DNA of 64,000 nt from an uncultured Pseudomonadales bacterium (lineage in GTDB: Bacteria; Patescibacteriota; Microgenomatia; UBA1400; PJMF01). This document shows, piece by piece, positions 58,285 to 64,000 of this stretch (position 1 is its first letter; every line of letters starts with the position of its first letter). Under the pieces are notes generated by a model. The model saw only the letters and a program-made list of their open reading frames with translations, did no database searches and was not told where the DNA came from. Position numbers and translations under genes: made by a program. The DNA is taken from positions 67,677 through 131,676 of the forward strand of contig CAYVXV010000002.1 of assembly GCA_964455555.1 (NCBI GenBank), given 5' to 3'.

Positions 58285-59511
58285 ATGCTCAAAAATCAGC
58301 CACAAGTTGCACTCGTATATGACAAAGTTAACACACCGTATGGCGGGGCTGAACATGTTCTACTAGCACTGAATGAGGCTTTTCCCAAATCACCCCTGTA
58401 CACAGCCGTTTATGATGCTAAAAGAGCCGCTTGGGCAAAGCCGTATAAGGTTGTACCTTCCTTTCTGCAAAAGCTTCCCGGAGCTAAAAGCCGCCACCAA
58501 TTTTTGGCAGCCCTAATGCCGCTAGCCTTTGAATCCTTTGATTTAGGTGGTTATGACATCGTAATCTCAGTAACTTCAGGAGAAGCGAAAGGCGTTTTAA
58601 CCAAGCCCAACCAACTTCACATCTGCTACCTGCTCACCCCGCCGCGCTATCTATACAGCCATCAGAAAGAATATTTGGACAGTTATTGGTTTTCACGCCT
58701 GCCTCTGCTGAGGCAAATTTCCGGATTGCTGCTGCGATATTTACAGTGGTGGGATCAGTCTGCAGCGCTCCGGCCTGATTTAATCATCCCAATTTCAAAT
58801 TTGGTGCGGGAGAGGGCTGAGGGCATATATAAAACGACCATTGAAAAACCAATCTATCCGCCGGTACCGGATATTCCGATGTCCAATGAGTCATTAGCTC
58901 TAAACTCATTTTATTTGGTTGCGTCAAGATTAGTGCCATATAAAAAAGTGGACATAGCTGTTTCATCCTGCAAAAAGCTGAATAAATGCCTAGTCATTGT
59001 CGGCGAGGGAACTGCCAATAAGAGCTTAATTGGCCTGGCTGGAGAAGCCGGTTCGGTCAGAAAGCAAAATGAAAGTTTAACCCGGTTTATTGAGCGCGCG
59101 CAGACGGAAAATAAAATAATACTTTTTACCAACAATTGTACAGAGGCGGAGCTAGGTCGCTTGTTCGCCAATGCGCGCGCCCTGCTGATGCCGGGGACTG
59201 AGGACTTTGGCATTACGGCAATGCAGGCAGGCATGATGGGCAAACCTGTGATTTTAACTGCGGACAGCGGTGCTGCTGAGCTGCTTAAAGAAGGGCGGCA
59301 TGCTATCTTTTTAAAGGAAGTAAGCCAGGCAGCTTTAGAAAATGCTATTCTTCGGCTCGAAAAATATAATTGGAATTCTGAATCCATGCGCAACAATGCA
59401 GAAAAGCATTCAGTCAAAAACTTTACTACCCAATTCTCAAAAAAAGTGTATGATTTGTTCATAACTTATCAAAATCCAGACCGAAAGGCTGTTTATGAGT
59501 TACCTAGATAA
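58285..59511 (+). CDS. GT4-like (GT-B) glycosyltransferase
   Basis: ...LLMPGTEDFGITAMQAGMMGKPVILTADSGAAELL...; GT-B topology. Confidence 0.65.
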   Translation: MLKNQPQVALVYDKVNTPYGGAEHVLLALNEAFPKSPLYTAVYDAKRAAWAKPYKVVPSFLQKLPGAKSRHQFLAALMPLAFESFDLGGYDIVISVTSGEAKGVLTKPNQLHICYLLTPPRYLYSHQKEYLDSYWFSRLPLLRQISGLLLRYLQWWDQSAALRPDLIIPISNLVRERAEGIYKTTIEKPIYPPVPDIPMSNESLALNSFYLVASRLVPYKKVDIAVSSCKKLNKCLVIVGEGTANKSLIGLAGEAGSVRKQNESLTRFIERAQTENKIILFTNNCTEAELGRLFANARALLMPGTEDFGITAMQAGMMGKPVILTADSGAAELLKEGRHAIFLKEVSQAALENAILRLEKYNWNSESMRNNAEKHSVKNFTTQFSKKVYDLFITYQNPDRKAVYELPR

Positions 59512-60598
59512 CACTTATGCTGTAGTTTTAGCTGGAGGTGGCGGTACCCGCCTTTGGCCTAAATCCAGAAAGCAAACCCCAAAGCAGTTCCTTAGGCTCA
59601 TGGGCAAAGACACCTTAATACAAATTACGGTAGCCAGAATTAGCAAACTAATTCCCTTCGAGCGCATTATTGTTGTTACAAACGAGCTCTACCTCGATGA
59701 AGTCGTCAAAGAACTTCCGGAGGTTCCCGAAAAAAACATTATCGCCGAACCGGAAAAGCGCGACACTGCACTGGCCATGCTGGTCGGGGCTCTCTATGCC
59801 AAAAGCATGAATAAGGATGCTGTTGTCATTAATTGTGCTTCTGACCACGTTGTCACCAATGAAAAAGAATTCATTAGGGTTATGAAGGCTGCAGCCGGAG
59901 TTGCAGCTGAAAATGGCAGCCTGGTTTCTGTTGGCATTACACCAAGCTACCCTGCAACCAGTTTCGGCTACATCAAAATCGGCGACGACCTTAAAAAGCT
60001 TAATGGCGGCCTGTCTTTATTTAAGGTTGACAGCTTTACAGAAAAACCAAAAGAGGCCACGGCCAGGGCATTTATCTCAACCGGCAAATACTTTTGGAAT
60101 GCCAACATGTACGTCTGGTCTTCTGATTCCTTGATCGAAGCCTTTAAAAAACATAAAAATGATTTACTGGAAAAAGCTAATCCACTTTTAGAAGCAAAGA
60201 GCAATGATTTTCTGTCTAAGCTGCCTGCAGTTTATAAAGATGCTGAAGCCATCTCTATTGATTACGCAATCTCAGAAAAAGCTGACAATCTTGTCCTCAT
60301 TCCCGGTGATTTTGGCTGGAATGACGTAGGAGATTGGAAAGTGGTCTATGACCTTGAGACCAAAAACCTCTCAGGCAATGCCATTTTCGGTGAAGGCACC
60401 GAGGTCCACGCCCTCTCAATCGAATCGCACAATAATCTCATACACACCAACGGCCGCCTGGTTGCCCTGGTGGGCATTAATGACCTCGTGGTCATCGATA
60501 CCGAGGAAATCCTCATGATCTGCCCCAAAAACAGGACGCAGGATGTGAAAAGGCTTGTTGATAGGCTGAAAGAAGAAAAAAGGCAGGAATACCTCTAA
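59495..60598 (+). CDS. manC: Mannose-1-phosphate guanylyltransferase (GDP-mannose pyrophosphorylase), nucleotidyltransferase domain only
   Basis: ...YAVVLAGGGGTRLWPKSRKQTPKQFL... is the ManC/CpsB signature. 367 aa with no C-terminal PMI/cupin domain. Confidence 0.75.
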   Translation: MSYLDNTYAVVLAGGGGTRLWPKSRKQTPKQFLRLMGKDTLIQITVARISKLIPFERIIVVTNELYLDEVVKELPEVPEKNIIAEPEKRDTALAMLVGALYAKSMNKDAVVINCASDHVVTNEKEFIRVMKAAAGVAAENGSLVSVGITPSYPATSFGYIKIGDDLKKLNGGLSLFKVDSFTEKPKEATARAFISTGKYFWNANMYVWSSDSLIEAFKKHKNDLLEKANPLLEAKSNDFLSKLPAVYKDAEAISIDYAISEKADNLVLIPGDFGWNDVGDWKVVYDLETKNLSGNAIFGEGTEVHALSIESHNNLIHTNGRLVALVGINDLVVIDTEEILMICPKNRTQDVKRLVDRLKEEKRQEYL

Positions 60599-60645
60599 AA
60601 AGTGTATGATATAGTGAAGATTATCTTTTTCGCTTAGACTTTATC

Positions 60646-61266
60646 ATGAATTACGACCAACAAAAACGCTTATTAGATATTATTGTGGCAAGCTTGCTTT
60701 TTGTTTTCTTTCTTCCCATTTGGGTGATCGTGCCCGTTCTCATTTACCTGGATTCAGGACTGCCAATAATTTTCCGCCACCGGCGGGTCGGTTTAAACGG
60801 CAGTGAATTTAATCTCTATAAATTCCGCTCGATGGTCCAGGGAGCTGATGAAATGCTGCACAACCATGATATGGAGCTGCTTAAAAAATTTAAAGAAAAT
60901 GATTGGAAAATCAAGGACGACCCCAGAATTACCCGGCTTGGAAAAGCCCTGCGCTCGCTGACAATTGATGAATTTCCTCAGCTATACAACGTCTTGAGGG
61001 GGGAGATGAGCATGGTTGGCCCGAGGGCTTACGTGAAAAGAGAGTTGAGTGAACAATCCAAGCGCTATCCGAAAACCCAACCTTATATCGAGGCTATTTT
61101 ATCTGTTAAGCCGGGAATTACCGGACCCTGGCAAACCAGCGGAAGAAACGAGGTGCCTTTTTCCAAGCGCGCTAAGATGGACGCCGAGTATGCCCGCACA
61201 CGGTCTATTTGGCATGATATCGTGATTCTTTTCCGAACTCCAAGGGCAATGATTTCCAAGTGGTAA
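60646..61266 (+). CDS. Small monotopic phosphoglycosyl transferase (PglC/WbaP C-terminal-type 'bacterial sugar transferase'); priming enzyme
   Basis: ...LLDIIVASLLFVFFLPIW..., ...NLYKFRSM... and ...MSMVGPRAY... are hallmarks of polyprenyl-phosphate hexose-1-phosphate transferases. Confidence 0.85.
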   Translation: MNYDQQKRLLDIIVASLLFVFFLPIWVIVPVLIYLDSGLPIIFRHRRVGLNGSEFNLYKFRSMVQGADEMLHNHDMELLKKFKENDWKIKDDPRITRLGKALRSLTIDEFPQLYNVLRGEMSMVGPRAYVKRELSEQSKRYPKTQPYIEAILSVKPGITGPWQTSGRNEVPFSKRAKMDAEYARTRSIWHDIVILFRTPRAMISKW

Positions 61267-61288
61267 CCTTCATAGGTTAATCCTTTTT
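61264..61288 (+). terminator. Weak intrinsic terminator candidate: TAACCT-TCAT-AGGTTA then ATCC-TTTTT
   Basis: 6-bp AT-rich stem overlapping the stop codon, followed by a T5 run. Confidence 0.3.
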
Positions 61289-61345
61289 GGCCTGGTTATT
61301 CCGAATAGTTGGCTAAACTGATAGCTTCCGCATAACTTCTGTTTT

Positions 61346-61354
61346 TGCTATACT
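61346..61354 (+). promoter_or_regulatory. Extended -10 TGcTATACT, 9 nt upstream of ATG 61364 (leaderless-type)
   Basis: TTTTTGCTATACT-gtacttctg-ATG. Confidence 0.4.
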
Positions 61355-61363
61355 GTACTTCTG

Positions 61364-63352
61364 ATGATTAATCTAGACAGATTCAAGCCATCATTCAAAA
61401 GAAAGCCTGCTTCCAGCGTTGATGCAAACCCCATTGCAGCTGAACAAACAGTTGCAACAGAACCAACTGTACAGTTGCCTTGGTTTAAAAGTATGAAAAA
61501 ATGGGAGCTTGGTTTGATAGTTGGTCTGCTGATCTTCACAATTCTGACAGCTGCAGTCGGTGCCTACACCTATGCGGTCGGTATGGAGCTCAAAACCCAG
61601 GCCCAAGTTTCCAGGGCACTCGCTCAACAGGCATATGACACCTTTAAAGGCCAAAATCTGCCTGAGTCAGAAGCCAGGCTGATTGAACTAGACCAGGAAT
61701 TAGCCAATGTCACAGCAAGCTACAAAAAACTATCTTTCTATCGATATGTGCCGGTTGTACGGAAATATTACATTGATGGCGAGCATGGTCTAGCAGCTGC
61801 TGCAGCTGGTTTATCAGCCGGCAAAAAATCATTAGCTGCCATCACTCCTTATGCTGACGTCCTAGGTTTCACTGGTGAGGAATCCTTTGAAGGAGGCACT
61901 ACCGAAGACAGAGTGAAGGTTTTATTGGAAACGTTGGATAAAGTTACCCCTATTCTTGAGGATATATCAGCAGATCTCCAGATAGTTGAATCAGAACTGG
62001 CCGAAATAAGCCCCCAGGATTATCCGGAATCTTTCCGAGGCATAGCTATCCGTGAGTATATTATCCAAGCTCATGACCTCAGCAGCGGGGCAGTGTCTGC
62101 GGTAACTGAATACCGACCGGTGCTTGAGGAACTTCCCAAGGTAGCGGGTGCAAACGGTGAAACCAAAAAATATGTAATTTTATTTCAAAATGACAACGAA
62201 CTAAGGCCAACGGGGGGCTTTTTAACAGCTTACTCGATTATTAATGTCACTGACGGCAAAGTAGAAGCAGAACGTTCTGATGATATTTACCAACTAGACC
62301 AAAAGTTCCGCAAAAACGAGCCAATTCCTGAAAAACTCGGCCGCTACCTGACAACGGAGCGGCGCTGGAATATCCGTGACATGAACATCTCTCCGGACTT
62401 TAAAGACAGCATGGATATTTTCTACGAACACTATCAACAAATCCCAGGAGAACCTGCAGACCAAATAGACGGCATTATTGCTGTAGACACAGAATTTCTT
62501 ACCAGCCTGATTAAAGTCTTGGGGCCGGTGCAGGTGCCCGGCTATGGCACTTTCACTGCAGAAAACGACCCAAGATGCGACTGCCCGCAAATCATCTATG
62601 TACTTTCTGAAATTATTACCAGGCCAACTCCTTTTATAAGAGAAGACCGCAAAGGCATATTGGGCCCGCTGATGAGCGCCACTTTAGCCAAAGCATACGC
62701 CGCACCCAAACAGCAGTGGCCTGATCTTTTCGGGACTGGCTTTGCCAGTATTAGGAACCGCCACGCCCAGTTTTATTTTCTTGATGAACAAGCTCAGAAC
62801 GCAGCAGAGGCTGCCAATGCCGCCGGAAGAATGACTGTTGAGGAAGACAGTGACTTTCTCGGCATAATCAATGCCAACTTGGGCGGTGCAAAATCAAACT
62901 TGTTCATCACCTACGATGTAAACCAGGAAGTCAGTGCACCTGAAGACGGCCTCATTACTAAAACCATCGAGATCACCTATAAAAACAACCGGAGGGCGGA
63001 CAACTGCAACTTAGAGGCGGGCTTGCTTTGCCTCAACTCCACTCTGCGGGACTGGACTAGGATCTATGTCCCTGAAGGCTCAGAACTAATTAGTGCTCAA
63101 GGCTTCACTCAAGAACCTGAGAGCTATGAAGAGAATGGCTTTACTGTCTTTGACGGCTTCTTTACCCTGGAGCCGCTGGCGCAAGCCAGGCTAAGGCTAA
63201 CCTACAAAGTTCCTTACAATGACACAGCAAACTACCAGTTGCTGATGTGGAAGCAGGGCGGCATTGAGTCATATTCGACACTCATAGACGTTACCGGTGG
63301 GCAGGAGCAAATGCTGGTCGAATACGATCTGAAGTATCAGACGCCCTTTTAA
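61364..63352 (+). CDS. Large N-terminally membrane-anchored, predicted extracytoplasmic protein (662 aa); function unknown (possibly DUF4012-like)
   Basis: A single TM helix (LGLIVGLLIFTILTAAVGAYTYAV) after about 50 residues, then a long hydrophilic domain containing ...RPTGGFLTAYS... Follows the priming transferase. Confidence 0.5.
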   Translation: MINLDRFKPSFKRKPASSVDANPIAAEQTVATEPTVQLPWFKSMKKWELGLIVGLLIFTILTAAVGAYTYAVGMELKTQAQVSRALAQQAYDTFKGQNLPESEARLIELDQELANVTASYKKLSFYRYVPVVRKYYIDGEHGLAAAAAGLSAGKKSLAAITPYADVLGFTGEESFEGGTTEDRVKVLLETLDKVTPILEDISADLQIVESELAEISPQDYPESFRGIAIREYIIQAHDLSSGAVSAVTEYRPVLEELPKVAGANGETKKYVILFQNDNELRPTGGFLTAYSIINVTDGKVEAERSDDIYQLDQKFRKNEPIPEKLGRYLTTERRWNIRDMNISPDFKDSMDIFYEHYQQIPGEPADQIDGIIAVDTEFLTSLIKVLGPVQVPGYGTFTAENDPRCDCPQIIYVLSEIITRPTPFIREDRKGILGPLMSATLAKAYAAPKQQWPDLFGTGFASIRNRHAQFYFLDEQAQNAAEAANAAGRMTVEEDSDFLGIINANLGGAKSNLFITYDVNQEVSAPEDGLITKTIEITYKNNRRADNCNLEAGLLCLNSTLRDWTRIYVPEGSELISAQGFTQEPESYEENGFTVFDGFFTLEPLAQARLRLTYKVPYNDTANYQLLMWKQGGIESYSTLIDVTGGQEQMLVEYDLKYQTPF

Positions 63353-63389
63353 CCGCCTTTTTAGCCGCCCTTTTAGCCTGACGTTCTCC

Positions 63390-63398
63390 TGATATACT
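63390..63398 (+). promoter_or_regulatory. Extended -10 TGaTATACT, 8 nt upstream of the recO ATG (leaderless-type)
   Basis: CCTGATATACT-aattctgt-ATG. Confidence 0.4.
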
Positions 63399-63406
63399 AA
63401 TTCTGT

Positions 63407-63949
63407 ATGAAATCAAGGACTTTCACTGTTTCCGGATTGGTTTTAAAAAGAGTGAATATCGGTGAAACCGATCGGATAGTTACTATCCTGACTCAAGAGC
63501 ATGGCAAATTGGTTTGTGTAGCCAAAGGAGTCCGCAAATTAAACTCATCCAAAGGCTCGGTGCTTGAACCTGGAAATTATGTTAAATCGCATCTGGTCTC
63601 AACAAAATCCTTGCCCATCCTCACGCAGGCTGTGATCATTGAAGACTGCAACGGCATGGCCTATTCCCTACACAGCTTCCGCTCGCTCTCGCAGCTGTTG
63701 GAAATTTTTGAAAAGCTTTTTGTCTCTGAAGAACTTGACCGCGAAACTTTTCTGCTGGTCATGGCCTTGCGCAAACGGATTATCACCAATCAGGCCTCTC
63801 CCGGAGCTATGAGGGTGATGTTGGGCAAACTGATCGCGCTTCTTGGTTATCAGCATCCCCAAGACTCAAAATATGACACTATCGGTGATTATATTTCGGC
63901 TCTTTCGGACAAACCGATGAGAAGCTATGAGTTTTTGCAGGTTAAATAA
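63407..63949 (+). CDS. recO: DNA repair protein RecO (short form)
   Basis: ...FTVSGLVLKRVNIGETDRIVTILTQEHGKLVCVAKGVRKL... is the RecO N-terminal OB-fold signature. Only 180 aa. Confidence 0.7.
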   Translation: MKSRTFTVSGLVLKRVNIGETDRIVTILTQEHGKLVCVAKGVRKLNSSKGSVLEPGNYVKSHLVSTKSLPILTQAVIIEDCNGMAYSLHSFRSLSQLLEIFEKLFVSEELDRETFLLVMALRKRIITNQASPGAMRVMLGKLIALLGYQHPQDSKYDTIGDYISALSDKPMRSYEFLQVK

Positions 63950-64000
63950 ACTCAAGTGTGTTAAAATATTTATATTCATTCCGCCTTTGGCAAGCGGCTT

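Noticed and set aside
58911-59462. 183-aa ORF on the minus strand
   Set aside because: It is antisense to the GT4 gene 58285..59511, which has a clear GT-B motif on the plus strand.

Overview
This is a gene-dense (>95% coding) bacterial window that uses the standard genetic code: TGA terminates ORFs, and GTG/TTG starts occur, for example on ruvC. Almost the whole window is one very large envelope-glycosylation / surface-polysaccharide locus, interrupted only by the housekeeping operon ruvC-ruvA-ruvB (47.5-49.7 kb) and by recO at the 3' end.

Main components of the locus:
- **GT-C array.** Eight genes show the conserved acidic motif (DE, or WRQAD at 53099..54568) after the first TM helix, placing them in the GT-C fold (PMT/ArnT, GT39/GT83-like). 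Five (801..9416) plus the partial ORF at the window start sit in one minus-strand operon. At least six further polytopic membrane proteins could be GT-C-like, and there is one O-antigen-ligase-like protein.
- **Polyprenyl-phosphate sugar synthases.** Three DPM1/GtrB-like GT2 enzymes are present, which would supply lipid-linked donors for the GT-C enzymes.
- **Cytoplasmic glycosyltransferases.** There are eleven GT4 (nine solid calls) and five GT2 enzymes; the GT2 count includes 13579..14397, which is counted as an inverting cytoplasmic GT2 rather than as a DPM1-like synthase.
- **UDP-ManNAc3NAcA pathway.** A complete WbpA/WbpB/WbpE/WbpD/WbpI-type set for UDP-2,3-diacetamido-2,3-dideoxy-mannuronic acid is present. 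It comes with a Wzx flippase, an FkbM methyltransferase and sugar acetyltransferases.
- **Other sugar-nucleotide enzymes.** GDP-fucose synthase (fcl), a GDP-mannose pyrophosphorylase, a GalE-like epimerase and a UXS/ArnA-type UDP-glucuronate decarboxylase. The decarboxylase is flanked by two paralogous ArnT-like GT-C genes.
- **Priming enzyme.** A small PglC/WbaP-type phosphoglycosyl transferase.

Base composition is mosaic:

| Region | Approx. GC |
|---|---|
| 1-23 kb | ~42% |
| 30.9-36.9 kb | ~30% |
| 37-47.5 kb and the fcl gene | ~48-55% |

Many operon-leading genes have an extended -10-like element (TGnTAYACT / TACAAT / TATAAA / TAGAAT) only 4-9 nt before the ATG and no Shine-Dalgarno sequence. 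This suggests leaderless mRNAs.

No rRNA, tRNA, CRISPR array, transposase or integrase could be recognised by eye. All calls are family-level inferences from motifs read directly in the translated ORFs; no database search was run.
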